Below the pieces are notes generated by a model, which had not been told where the DNA came from, searched no databases, and saw nothing but the letters and a program-made list of their open reading frames with translations. Shown piece by piece: positions 30,846-41,980 of a DNA stretch of 64,000 nucleotides. This stretch comes from a virus (taxonomy: Duplodnaviria; Caudoviricetes), in the IMG/VR virus record IMGVR_UViG_2617270876_000003, positions 130,209 to 194,208 of that record, one strand, 5' to 3'. The translations under genes and the position numbers were made by a program. How positions within the stretch are numbered: position 1 is the stretch's first letter; each line of letters begins with the position of its first letter.

Positions 30846-33800
30846 ATGGCAAATGAACTGGGAATATTATTGACAGCAAGCCTTAATCAAGGTGCAAGTG
30901 TCAAATCCGTCAACGAGAGTATCAAAGCATTAAGCTCTCATCCTTCTCTACAAAAGTTAAATGTAAAAATAAATGTTGACCAATCATTTGTAAAATCAAT
31001 TAGTTCATTTATTGATGCAACAAAAAAGCTCAACAGTAATCTCGAAGCACAAAATAGAGTTGTTAAAGAAACTATTACTGAGTTTAAAAATCTTGATGGT
31101 TCCATAACTAAGACTACTCAACAGATTCTTGCAAATGGCGAACTTATTGAGAAATCAAGGACTAAACATGATGCCAACAAGAAAGCAATAAATGAAGAAT
31201 CTAAGGCTTACGACGAACAGAGAAAAACACTATCACAGTTAGAAGCAGAAATGAATGGATACATTAAAGCTTCTGAAAAAGTAAATCGTAATAAAGCTGG
31301 ACAAATAAATAGCATTACCAATACATATAAAAATGCTGATACTGGCAAAACAGTAACGGTCAATACCGATTCTGAAGGAAATGTTAACAATTATTCTAAG
31401 GTATCGAATTATTTAAAAGCTGAACAAGATGCTCTGAAGGCCGAACAAGAAATAAATAGGCAGCGGGAGCAAATAGCCAAAGAAGAATACAACACTAGGA
31501 AGGCTTTGGCTGATAAAAATTTAAGAGAAGAAGAACAAAGAAATAAAGAATTTATTGCTGCACTTAAAGAGAGATATAGCCAAGAACAAGCAATATTAAA
31601 AAATCAAGAAGAAATGGAGAAAATCCATTATCTCGCTCTTCAACAAAATCAAAAACGCGAAGAACAATATGCTAAATCTGTTGCAGACACTCAGCAAAAA
31701 ATTAATGACGCTAGAAATAAATATGGCAATAATAATCATGTAGTTTCCAGTCTTAATGAACTTGAGAGTAAATTAAAATCAATCAGTAATATCGGTGATT
31801 TTAAGTCTCCCCTCTCCTCCCTTAATAATGATTTAAAGAGAACAATAAGCCACTTAGATGAAGGATCTCATCATTCGCGATCATTTGGTGATTCACTTAA
31901 ACATGCATTCAGTAATATTGCGCTATATGGCGGACTCGGTTCTGTATTAATGGGAGTTCAACAATTTTTCAAAGAAGGCATCTCTTACGTTAATGAATTA
32001 AATAAGTCTCTGACCGAATTATCTATTGTTTACATGCAAGGACAAGATGAAGTAGAAAAATACGCAGAGAAATTTCATGAATTAGGCATGCAGATGAGCA
32101 TCACAAGTTCAGAGCTTGCTAAGGGGGCTGTTGAATTTGCGAGACAGGGTTTATCCCAAGAAGAGACATTCTCTAGAATGGAAACAGCAGTTAAGTATGC
32201 CAAGATCAGTAATTTAGATTTTACTACAAGTGCAAAAATCCTAACTGCTACTGTCAACAGTATGGGGATTAGTATTGAAAGGGCAAGCGATGTATTTTCT
32301 TATTTGGGCGATGCTACAGCGACAGATGCTTCAGAAGTTGGAGAGGCATTTCAACGTGTAGGAGGTACTGCGGGTGCAATTGGTGTTGAATTTGAAAAAG
32401 TTGCTTCATGGATTGCGACCATTTCTTCAAATACAAGAGAGTCGGCTTCTACTATTGGTAATAGCGTAAAATCTATCCTTGCGAGAATGGAGTCTCTCAG
32501 AGAAAAGGGCTTCGACGAAGAAGATGGAACTAAAGTCAACGATGTGGCAAAAGCCTTAGCGACAATCGGAGTAAAATTAATAGATACCCAAGGTAATTTC
32601 AGAGATTTTGGTACTGTTATGGATGAGATTGGGGCAAAATGGTCCACTCTATCAAATAGACAGCAGGCGTATATTTCAACCGCAACAGCAGGAAGCTATC
32701 AGAGTGCGCGGTTCCTTTCACTTATGAGTGACTACCAGCAATCTATGGACTTGTATAGGGGCGCTTTAGATAGTGCTGGTACATCAACAGAAAAATTTGG
32801 TTTATATCAACAAGGTACCGAAGCCCATATCGATAAAATGAAGACTGCTCTTGAAGGTTTATGGTCTAGTATGTTTAAGTCTGATGGTATCAGAAGTGTC
32901 GTAGATATGTTGACTGGGCTTTTTACTGTTTTAGATAGGGTAACAAAAACATTTGGTGGATTGCAAACAATTATGGGTACAGCAACAATTGCATTTTTGT
33001 TGTTTAACCGTAATATTCCAAATGTTGCATTAGGAGTAATGGGAATTAATTTAAAAGCTGTAGCCCTGTCAATGAAAATCTTTACAGGATCTACGATAGC
33101 AGCAAGAGCAGCCGTTATTGGCCTTCAAGCTGCCATGAGTCTTGGTCTTACTGTTGCAATTATGGGAGTCACTACACTAATATCAAAACTTGTTTCTGCT
33201 AACCAGAAAGCAAAAGAAGAGCAAGAAGCACTTGCTGCTCAACAAAAAACAATTGCAACTAATTGGTCTGAACAGAAAGGTAGTATCATTGGCTTAATTG
33301 CCGAATATCAGAATCTTAACGAAGTAACTAAGGGCGGTACAGTATTTTCAGACACCGAACAAGAGCAAAAATATAGAGATCTTATCGACCAAATTAGTGG
33401 CCTTATGCCCAACCTCGTCGCAAGTATTGATGACAAGGGCGAAAAACATCTAAAGAATGCTGATGCAATCAAGCAAGAACTTGACTATACCGAAAAGTTA
33501 ACCAAAGCACAGCAAGAACAAACTGTAATCGATGCAGGTAAAAATTTCGACAAACAGATCGACGAAATCGAAGATTACAATAAGCAAATCAAAAACTTGC
33601 AAGCTAAGATGGCTTTGGGTGGTTCGTATATAACGGATGGTATGGGTGGGGCAACATTCTTGCCGTTTACAGATTCAGAACTAAATAAATTTAAGATTCA
33701 ATTATTAACTTTACAAAGTAAAGTGGCATCCAGCAGTAGTGTCATGCGAGATGACTTAGGAAGTATTACAAAGAACATCTTGACCATAAATGGAACTAAA

Positions 33801-36800
33801 ATTGACGACAATGTATCAAAACAGATTGAACAAATCACTAAGTCATTAAGTTTGAATGGATTGACAGGAGAAGATTTAAAGAATAAGGCTCATGATATAA
33901 GTAAATTTGTCAGCGATTTAAATGCGCTTAAGGGAGTTTCGGCTGACACAACAAATTATCAAGCACTTATTGCCGAGATATCACTAATTGGTAAATCGCT
34001 GGGTATGACAGATTTCGATATACAAAAATTCATCGACAGCCTTAAAGAATCTAATAATGCTCTCACTACCATAACATCTCATACTGATGAAGTAAAATCT
34101 GCTCTGAACGACCTTTCAAAATCATTTAAGGATACTTCTGATACAGTAAGTCCATTGAATTCAGCTATTCAGAAACTACGACAAGGGAAAAGTTTGACTG
34201 CTGATGAAATAGCTAACCTAATTGAAAAAGTTGATGGATTCTCTTCTGCTGTTACAACAGAGAATGGAGTTCTAAAAGTCAATCTTAAAGCCGTGACTGC
34301 CCTTAGAGATAAATCAGTTCAAAGTTTTGAAGATATGATCAAGTCTAAAGAGGCACAGATTAAATCTTTAAGAGATCAGACTAATTCAGAACTCGAACAA
34401 TATGGTATACAAATTGAAGGAATTAAAAGTGTAGCAGAAGCATTGCAAGCATTGGCTCAAAAAAAGACCGAAGTTTCCCAAGACATGTCTGCCATCTTGC
34501 ATGATCCTGAAGGCAATGACGAATCTGGTCAAGCATATAAAAACAGCCTACAGGAGCAGCAAGCAAATATGGCAGCAACAGAGGAATCGCTGAAGGCCAT
34601 TGGTGATGCACAAAATACAATCAACGAACTAAGAGGAACAGGAACTACAATTCTCAATCATGTTGGAGAATCAACAGATGATGCCAACGACTCTAATAAT
34701 AAACTTACCGACTCCTACTCTGACACTGTTGAGGTTCTTACTGATCTTCAAAAAGCTTTAATATCCATTCAGAAATTGCAAGACGAAGAAGAAAATAAGC
34801 GCAACAGAATGAGAAGAAGTTCTAAGGAATATCAAGAGTCACTAAAAAAGACTCTCGATCTTAGAAAGCAAGAACTTGCTCTACTTGAAAAAGGCGCAAA
34901 AGACCCTTCTCAACTTGTTTCAACTAAAATAACAACTACTACAAAAACAACTGGCAGCGATAACTCTTCCTCTTCTTATTCTGGAAACAATTCAAGCACT
35001 GGCGATTATTCTGACATCATTAATAAGAATGCTTCCGCGAACAAAGTCGATGCCAATCTGATTAAAGCTATCATAGCTCAAGAAAGTAGTTTTAATCCTA
35101 ATTCCACTTCACATTCTGGTGCCAAAGGGCTTATGCAGCTTATGGATGGTACGGCTAGAGGTTTGGGTGTAACCAATAGTTATGACCCAGAACAGAATGT
35201 TGCTGGAGGAACCAAATATTTTGCTGGCCTACTGAAAAAATATAATGGTGATGCAGAACTTGCATTAATGGCTTACAACGGTGGTCCCGGAAGAATTGAT
35301 AAATGGTTAAAGTCTGGAAAGTCCATCTCCCTACCTAAAGAAACAAAAGAGTATGCTTCCAAGGTTCTCAGTTATTATAACTCTTATTCTGGAACGTCAT
35401 CTTCGACCTCTGATAATAATGGAGTCGCTAAAACTACTGTTAAGACTGGTGATACATCCACCACTGTTAAAACCGATGGCCCAACCGCAAAAGAAATTAA
35501 AGACGCTGCTGAAAAAAATGCACAGGATATTCTTAAGGCTCAAAACGATGTAAATAGTGCGCAAATTGATATTTTAGAAGAAATTAAATATATAGCCGAT
35601 AATGACGTTGAAGAACAAGAACGTCTAATTGCTGCCTCTCAAAAGAGACAGGAGAAACTAGATCCTACAGGTGCTGAGTTTAAAAAAGAAAATGATGTAC
35701 AAGTTAATATTCAGTCTAAAATTCAAAATATAAGAAATCAAGAATCCTTAAATTTACAAAAAAAGCTAAAAGAGTACGGCATTGAATCTGATGAATATGA
35801 CAAGTTAATTAAACAGTTACAAACAGAACGTGTTGACATTCAGTCAGATAAGTATAAAAAGCTTGTTGAGAATATTAATATTGGTATTGATGCAACCAAA
35901 GAAGGCATATCTAATTTAGATAACTTAATCACTCAATCTCAAAATAAAATGGCTCAATATGCTCAAGGTACTCCTGAATATAATAAAGAGTTAAATTATC
36001 AAATTGAACTGAAGAAGAAACAAAAAAAAGAAAATGACGATCTCATCTCTTCTCTTGATAGTTTGATTAAGAGTGAAAATCTTGATGCTGCTACAAAAAA
36101 GAATCTAAAGGCAATTCTAGATGAATTGAATCTTAAAGATTATACGGCAGACATTAAAGACCTGAACGCTCAATTGATTGCCTCTAAATCGATTCCTCTT
36201 GAGAACAAACTTTCCGATTTGAATTATCAGTTAGAATTGTCACAAGCAAAAATGAAGGGCTATATTGAAGGTTCTAAAGAGTACAATCAGGAGATCAAAA
36301 ATCAGATTTCGATTCAAAATGAAAAAATTGCGGTTACTAAAGAATTGATTGCATATGAGGAAACGCAATCTAAAAATGAAGAATTAACTGCTGAAGCACG
36401 AGAAGAGCATAAGAAAAGAGTTCAAGAATTAACTTTAAGTCTCTACGATTACTCTGACGCAATTAAATCTTTACGTGAAGATTATGCTGATAAGATTATT
36501 GATGAATTAAAAAAAGTAATCGAACAAGAAAGAGATTTGAAACTTGAAGCAATTGATGATCAAATTAAGGCAGAAGATGAACGTCACAATGCTCGTGTTA
36601 AAAATATTGAAGATGAACAAAAGCAGTTCGAAGATTATATCAATGCTCAACAAAAATCTTTAAGCAGACAAGATGCTTCCGATGATTATGAAGGTGACTT
36701 ACAGAAAAAGTTAGAAGAAAGACAGAAGATTATTTCGCGGCTAGGTGTTTTATCGACTGATAATTCTATGAGTGCAAAAGCAAAACGCACAGATCTAAAC

Positions 36801-37835
36801 GAACAGCTTGCATCAATTGATGAAGAAATAGGGAAGTTTAAATTAGATCGTGAACGAACTGTTCGCGACGAAAGTCTTCAAGACCAATTGGATGATCGTT
36901 CAGAATACACAGATAAAATCAAAGAGATTGAAGATGATTTAACTGATACCGTTAAAAAGAATCTTGATAAACAAAAAGAAGCAATTGAGCAGGAATATGA
37001 CGACAGATTGAATAATGAGAAGTATTTCTATGATCTAAAACAGAGATTGCTAAGTGATGATTCTGCAATATCAAAAGCGGCGATTGCTGAAATACAAACT
37101 GCATATGGAATTTACTTTACTACTTTGCAAAATCATGCATTTGAGACGACTCAAGCATTCAATAACCTCAATGATGCATTAATAAAAATGCAAAATAATT
37201 TATCTGGGTTCCCAACAAGTGATTATTCGGGTATTTCTTCTGTCAGTCCCCCTCCGACGACTCCTGGTGGTAATTCATCTAATTCACCAACGCCTAATTC
37301 AAAAGATACTTCAGCAGCACGTTCAGCGTGGCAAGCATATCTATCCAATAAGCAACAAGCAGAACTTATTCGCAAAGATATGGAAAAGAGTAAGAAAGAT
37401 AAGGCTAAATATACTAAGTTAGAGAATGATTTTAATGCTCTTAAGGGTAAAAATGATGTAATCCGTAGTCAATATACTTGGTTTCCTGAAGGTAGTTATG
37501 ATGAGTTAAAAAATAAGGATATATTTTCTGCTGAAACTGGCGGCATGACTCCAGGTTGGGGTTCTGGAGGCAAATTGCTTTTAGCTCATGAAAAAGAGTT
37601 AATTCTTAATAAATTTGATACCTCAAACCTTTTGAAAATTGTTGATGTAGCAAGAAACATAATTACACAAACAAGAAATGGATTAAATAATATATCTTTT
37701 ACACCTTCTGTGGCAGGAGCAACGAACAATACTAGCACAATTGGAGATATTTACATCTATGCAAATAACAAAGACGATGCGGAATCCATCTCTGATAAGG
37801 TTGTTAAAAAATTGCAAAAGTTTAAAAAATTCTGA
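30846..37835 (+). CDS. Tail tape measure protein with lytic transglycosylase (SLT) domain (YomI/CwlP-like)
   Basis: 2329 aa coiled coil. TP901-type TMP core (RESASTIGNS.KSI.AR). SLT motif IAQESSFNP...GAKGLMQLM...AYNGGPG at about 35001-35390. Confidence 0.93.
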   Translation: MANELGILLTASLNQGASVKSVNESIKALSSHPSLQKLNVKINVDQSFVKSISSFIDATKKLNSNLEAQNRVVKETITEFKNLDGSITKTTQQILANGELIEKSRTKHDANKKAINEESKAYDEQRKTLSQLEAEMNGYIKASEKVNRNKAGQINSITNTYKNADTGKTVTVNTDSEGNVNNYSKVSNYLKAEQDALKAEQEINRQREQIAKEEYNTRKALADKNLREEEQRNKEFIAALKERYSQEQAILKNQEEMEKIHYLALQQNQKREEQYAKSVADTQQKINDARNKYGNNNHVVSSLNELESKLKSISNIGDFKSPLSSLNNDLKRTISHLDEGSHHSRSFGDSLKHAFSNIALYGGLGSVLMGVQQFFKEGISYVNELNKSLTELSIVYMQGQDEVEKYAEKFHELGMQMSITSSELAKGAVEFARQGLSQEETFSRMETAVKYAKISNLDFTTSAKILTATVNSMGISIERASDVFSYLGDATATDASEVGEAFQRVGGTAGAIGVEFEKVASWIATISSNTRESASTIGNSVKSILARMESLREKGFDEEDGTKVNDVAKALATIGVKLIDTQGNFRDFGTVMDEIGAKWSTLSNRQQAYISTATAGSYQSARFLSLMSDYQQSMDLYRGALDSAGTSTEKFGLYQQGTEAHIDKMKTALEGLWSSMFKSDGIRSVVDMLTGLFTVLDRVTKTFGGLQTIMGTATIAFLLFNRNIPNVALGVMGINLKAVALSMKIFTGSTIAARAAVIGLQAAMSLGLTVAIMGVTTLISKLVSANQKAKEEQEALAAQQKTIATNWSEQKGSIIGLIAEYQNLNEVTKGGTVFSDTEQEQKYRDLIDQISGLMPNLVASIDDKGEKHLKNADAIKQELDYTEKLTKAQQEQTVIDAGKNFDKQIDEIEDYNKQIKNLQAKMALGGSYITDGMGGATFLPFTDSELNKFKIQLLTLQSKVASSSSVMRDDLGSITKNILTINGTKIDDNVSKQIEQITKSLSLNGLTGEDLKNKAHDISKFVSDLNALKGVSADTTNYQALIAEISLIGKSLGMTDFDIQKFIDSLKESNNALTTITSHTDEVKSALNDLSKSFKDTSDTVSPLNSAIQKLRQGKSLTADEIANLIEKVDGFSSAVTTENGVLKVNLKAVTALRDKSVQSFEDMIKSKEAQIKSLRDQTNSELEQYGIQIEGIKSVAEALQALAQKKTEVSQDMSAILHDPEGNDESGQAYKNSLQEQQANMAATEESLKAIGDAQNTINELRGTGTTILNHVGESTDDANDSNNKLTDSYSDTVEVLTDLQKALISIQKLQDEEENKRNRMRRSSKEYQESLKKTLDLRKQELALLEKGAKDPSQLVSTKITTTTKTTGSDNSSSSYSGNNSSTGDYSDIINKNASANKVDANLIKAIIAQESSFNPNSTSHSGAKGLMQLMDGTARGLGVTNSYDPEQNVAGGTKYFAGLLKKYNGDAELALMAYNGGPGRIDKWLKSGKSISLPKETKEYASKVLSYYNSYSGTSSSTSDNNGVAKTTVKTGDTSTTVKTDGPTAKEIKDAAEKNAQDILKAQNDVNSAQIDILEEIKYIADNDVEEQERLIAASQKRQEKLDPTGAEFKKENDVQVNIQSKIQNIRNQESLNLQKKLKEYGIESDEYDKLIKQLQTERVDIQSDKYKKLVENINIGIDATKEGISNLDNLITQSQNKMAQYAQGTPEYNKELNYQIELKKKQKKENDDLISSLDSLIKSENLDAATKKNLKAILDELNLKDYTADIKDLNAQLIASKSIPLENKLSDLNYQLELSQAKMKGYIEGSKEYNQEIKNQISIQNEKIAVTKELIAYEETQSKNEELTAEAREEHKKRVQELTLSLYDYSDAIKSLREDYADKIIDELKKVIEQERDLKLEAIDDQIKAEDERHNARVKNIEDEQKQFEDYINAQQKSLSRQDASDDYEGDLQKKLEERQKIISRLGVLSTDNSMSAKAKRTDLNEQLASIDEEIGKFKLDRERTVRDESLQDQLDDRSEYTDKIKEIEDDLTDTVKKNLDKQKEAIEQEYDDRLNNEKYFYDLKQRLLSDDSAISKAAIAEIQTAYGIYFTTLQNHAFETTQAFNNLNDALIKMQNNLSGFPTSDYSGISSVSPPPTTPGGNSSNSPTPNSKDTSAARSAWQAYLSNKQQAELIRKDMEKSKKDKAKYTKLENDFNALKGKNDVIRSQYTWFPEGSYDELKNKDIFSAETGGMTPGWGSGGKLLLAHEKELILNKFDTSNLLKIVDVARNIITQTRNGLNNISFTPSVAGATNNTSTIGDIYIYANNKDDAESISDKVVKKLQKFKKF

Positions 37836-37858
37836 GAGGGGCCACTCCCCTCTTTTTT
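37835..37858 (+). terminator. Intrinsic terminator/attenuator
   Basis: GAGGGG-loop-CCCCTC followed by TTTTTT. Confidence 0.6.
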
Positions 37859-37868
37859 ATGTTAAGAG

Positions 37869-40800
37869 GTGATCCACATACTAGGAGATATCGACTACAA
37901 TCTAAAACCTATTAAGCCCCAAATGTTTTTGACAAGACCGAATCGCGAGATAATTAGTAAACTAAGCGAAGCCTACAATGTTTCTATCGAAACTAAGATA
38001 AATGATGTATATACATTAACTTTTTCTCTCCCGTTCTATATCGACATCAACCATCGTTTGGAGCGTAATAAAAATGTTGACTTACTTCGTGAAAAATATT
38101 GGGTTAAAGTCGTTTTGGGAAGTAAAATAGAGTGGTTTATTATTAATGAAATTAATAATACTGTTGGTAATGACTCAGAGTCAAAAACCGTAAAGTGTTT
38201 TGCTGGATATCATGAATTAACCAATAGAAATATTGAAGAATATTCAGTGGAATCTTATAATGCCGAACAAGTTTTAACAGATGTCTTAGCTCCTAGTTTA
38301 TGGACTATAGATTATTTGGATGCTGACTTTAAATTAACCTACCGTGCTTTTGATTTTCCAGAAAACAATATTCTAGATTGTGTGTTCTCTGTTGCTGAAA
38401 CGTATAATGCAATTGTTAGTTTTAATACTGATTCAAGAACAATCAGTATGACTAAACCAGAATTAACAGGTGTTAATAGAGGACTTACTTTCTCATATGG
38501 TAAGTATATGAAGTCTATGGATCATACCATAAAAACAGATGAAATCGTCACAAGAATGTCCGCATCTGGTCAAGATGGATTAGGAATTCAAAGAGTTAAT
38601 CCCACTGGACAAAACTATATTGAGAATTATGGATATTGGATATACCCGTTTGAAAGAGATGCGCAGGGAAACATTGTTCAATCAAGTTATTTTATGAGTG
38701 ACAGTTTATGTTCTGCCCTACTCGACTATGAAATATTGGTCGAAAATAATGCGGGATTGTTCTCGGGATATCTAGATTATCTTGAAACATATGAAACAGA
38801 CTTAAGTACATTAAATGTTGAAATGAACGTGTTACAGAATGAAGAAGCAGCGGTTCAACAAGTGGAACTAGCTCAACAATTTGATGGTAAAATGTTTAAA
38901 GAGAAATATGAACATATTGACAATACTCAAAGAACTTTTTCTTTAAATGCTTCTTATGCGTATGCCGTTATGATCAAGATTGCAAATAACAATGGGTTAA
39001 GTGTTTATCTTGATGGGCAAATTAAACCAACCGTTATAGGTCAGTGGGTTGTACTAGGTAAGGTGAACAATATCTCTCTTACCAGCGTTTCAATTTCTGG
39101 AGGAAACTCAGAAGTATTTATTGAAGTTGCAAATATTAGTATTTCTGAAAATGAAACTTCAGGAAACGAAGAAGCAATCATTAATAGATATTGTTTAGAT
39201 CACAAACAAGATCAAATTACAACAAAGCAAAATGAAATTAACATTAAGACAAATGATATCAATACTGTTAAAACTCAAATTACCTCTCTTCAATCGCTTC
39301 TGTCTGCTGAAAATAACTTCACTACTGAACAATTGCGCGAATTGAACTTATTCATGTATGAACGTAAATATAATGATGAAAATATTATTGATGCACAAGA
39401 TTTATATGATGCCACTAAAGAAAAGTTCAATGAGTTACAACAGCCTCAATTAGATATATCTATAGACATTGTTAACTTTCTAGAAGTTATTGAAGAACAA
39501 GCAAATTGGAATAAACTTAATCTTGGTGATTTTGTAAATGTAAAATACGAACCGACCAATACCAATATAACAGCTAGAATCACACAGATTGATTATGACT
39601 ACGAAGAGTTTAAAATTAAATTGGTTCTGTCTAATGCAAAAAATGCAAATGATGAAGAAAAACGTTTAGAGAAATTTCTTAAGAATACACAAAATACCAA
39701 TATCACAGTCGATATAAATAAGAACCCTTGGGGAAAAGCAGTTATAGATACATCGGAAATGAGCCAATTATTCGAAAATTTCTGGAACAAAATTACCAAT
39801 GAAATTAATATGGCTTCAAATGAATATGTAACTCTTGATCGTACAGGATTGACAATCGTTGATCCAAATGACCCATTGAGATTCCTGAGGGCAACACATG
39901 GAGTTTTGGCATTGACCGATAACGGCGGACTACTGTATCGAACTGCAATTTCCGCAAGTGGCATCATAGCAGAGCAAGTACTGGGCAAAATAATTTTGGG
40001 TCAGCGCGTCGTCATAGGCACAAATGACGGTATTTGGATGACTGAAGGGCCACAGACAACAATTACTGACAGGTATGGTCGTATCGCAATGAAATTTGGC
40101 CTGTATGAAGAAAACCCAGACTTGTATGGAATAGTAGTCAATCGATACGATGGATATCTTCCAGATTCCGCACTTATAAACAGAATAATCATTAATTCCG
40201 AGGACGGATTCAAAATCCAGCGATGGACAGGAGCAGCGTTTGAAGACAAGCTATACGCTGATTATCAGGGCTATCTCTTCTCTGAAGATATGACAACAAA
40301 ACGTCTCAAAATTGTATCCGATACAGATGAATTGATGTTGGACAGCTATACAAAATTTATGGACATCGGGAAATTTGATAATATTCTAACGGATGGGAAA
40401 TTAACTTCACTAGAAAAATTACAGGTTCTTGGTGAACGTACAAGAATAATGAGTGAGTATGTTAAGTTGCTTGCTCAAGCCAATGATTATAAGACTACCA
40501 CAAGAGATTCAACTATTAGAATTGACCCTTCTAATTTAACAAATACTTATAATACATTAATTGATTACCTCTCCCCCCTACTCGACGATATGAATGCTAC
40601 AACATCTGTTGATCGAAGCGAGTTTATCCAGAGGTTTAAAGATTACTACGATGAAGTTACAAATATCATCAATGCTATCAATGATTCGATTCGGTACTCA
40701 TCTGTGCAACTTGGAACATATTATAACAATGTGGTCATGACAAGCGAAGACGGTATTTTAGTTACTCGTAGTGATACTATGTACCGTACAGTGATGAATG

Positions 40801-41903
40801 CAATTAAAGGATTCGCCATACAAAGAAATACAAATACCGCCGAAGATCCAATATGGCAAGATTTGTTCTGGGCCGATACGAACGGATGGATTACAGCAGA
40901 AGGATTAAGAATTAATAATTCATTCTTTACCGAAGGCGATATTACAGCGGCTAATATTAATGGATCTTCTATTACATTACGCTCTCCAGATGGTGGAGTG
41001 ATGAAACTATTCCCAGGATTAAACAAGGGGTTTTGGGCTGGCATAAATGCCGAAAATCCAGAAGATGCTCCTACATGGATTAAAATGGATGGTACAGCAA
41101 TTTTCAAGAAGTTAATTGTTACCAATGGTAATAATGAATTAATGATAGATAGTGAAAACAATCTAATTAATTTCAATAACTGGAGTGCGACAGGAATCGC
41201 GGCTCTTGATGCTCAATTGATTAGTGCAAACATGGTTAGTGCGGAACTGGGATATATTTCGGATATTGTTGCTAAGTCACTATCTACAATGACTAGGGCA
41301 GCAATTGCAGGTTGGTCTAACTTTATTGAGATTCAAGGAAAAACTATCGATTGGGTTACAGGACATGTTGTTCAGGGAGAACAAATTACCGTAAACGGAA
41401 AACCTATGTACTGGGTCAGTTCTTCTCAAACAGGATTAATGACTACTGATGTCACACCGTGGCCCGTTTATAAGTACAGTTCTGATGACAATAATAAATT
41501 GGTCAAAATGAGAGCTGGATTTGACGGCGATGGCAACGATGCAAATCCTTTTATCGATATGGGTATTGGTGACGGATCACCAAACGGAGCCAAAGCAAGA
41601 ATTTATAAGTACAATGGTGGCTGGAAAGTTAGTTATGGTAGTAGTAACTATGGCAAAGATAGAAGTATTGATTTACGAGATGACGGTATAACTATCTTAA
41701 GTGACGGAAGTAATTTTAATGCTAAAAGCAAGGATTTTAACTTCATTGTTGATTCTGGCATATATAAAATTTCTTTATCTAATGGCTCAACTTTTGAAAT
41801 ATCACCAACTAATGGACTAAGTGGGAACATCGTTGGTCCAATTAATTTAACTTCTTCTGGCCCTATGAATTTTAAAGCTCCATCTTATAATTTTGATAAC
41901 TAA
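37869..41903 (+). CDS. Tail-associated hub/spike protein (Tal, YomG-like) with coiled coil and beta-rich C-terminus
   Basis: Prophage tail-hub-like N-terminus (GQDGLGI..VNPTGQNYIE), LGDFVNV OB-like segment, AIS..GI.AE motif, short beta-strand repeats at the C-terminus. Confidence 0.8.
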   Translation: MIHILGDIDYNLKPIKPQMFLTRPNREIISKLSEAYNVSIETKINDVYTLTFSLPFYIDINHRLERNKNVDLLREKYWVKVVLGSKIEWFIINEINNTVGNDSESKTVKCFAGYHELTNRNIEEYSVESYNAEQVLTDVLAPSLWTIDYLDADFKLTYRAFDFPENNILDCVFSVAETYNAIVSFNTDSRTISMTKPELTGVNRGLTFSYGKYMKSMDHTIKTDEIVTRMSASGQDGLGIQRVNPTGQNYIENYGYWIYPFERDAQGNIVQSSYFMSDSLCSALLDYEILVENNAGLFSGYLDYLETYETDLSTLNVEMNVLQNEEAAVQQVELAQQFDGKMFKEKYEHIDNTQRTFSLNASYAYAVMIKIANNNGLSVYLDGQIKPTVIGQWVVLGKVNNISLTSVSISGGNSEVFIEVANISISENETSGNEEAIINRYCLDHKQDQITTKQNEINIKTNDINTVKTQITSLQSLLSAENNFTTEQLRELNLFMYERKYNDENIIDAQDLYDATKEKFNELQQPQLDISIDIVNFLEVIEEQANWNKLNLGDFVNVKYEPTNTNITARITQIDYDYEEFKIKLVLSNAKNANDEEKRLEKFLKNTQNTNITVDINKNPWGKAVIDTSEMSQLFENFWNKITNEINMASNEYVTLDRTGLTIVDPNDPLRFLRATHGVLALTDNGGLLYRTAISASGIIAEQVLGKIILGQRVVIGTNDGIWMTEGPQTTITDRYGRIAMKFGLYEENPDLYGIVVNRYDGYLPDSALINRIIINSEDGFKIQRWTGAAFEDKLYADYQGYLFSEDMTTKRLKIVSDTDELMLDSYTKFMDIGKFDNILTDGKLTSLEKLQVLGERTRIMSEYVKLLAQANDYKTTTRDSTIRIDPSNLTNTYNTLIDYLSPLLDDMNATTSVDRSEFIQRFKDYYDEVTNIINAINDSIRYSSVQLGTYYNNVVMTSEDGILVTRSDTMYRTVMNAIKGFAIQRNTNTAEDPIWQDLFWADTNGWITAEGLRINNSFFTEGDITAANINGSSITLRSPDGGVMKLFPGLNKGFWAGINAENPEDAPTWIKMDGTAIFKKLIVTNGNNELMIDSENNLINFNNWSATGIAALDAQLISANMVSAELGYISDIVAKSLSTMTRAAIAGWSNFIEIQGKTIDWVTGHVVQGEQITVNGKPMYWVSSSQTGLMTTDVTPWPVYKYSSDDNNKLVKMRAGFDGDGNDANPFIDMGIGDGSPNGAKARIYKYNGGWKVSYGSSNYGKDRSIDLRDDGITILSDGSNFNAKSKDFNFIVDSGIYKISLSNGSTFEISPTNGLSGNIVGPINLTSSGPMNFKAPSYNFDN

Positions 41904-41980
41904 ACAATCTAATACTAAGTGCCGATATATATGGTATATACTGTAATTCGGCATATACCATATAATTATCGGAGGTACTT

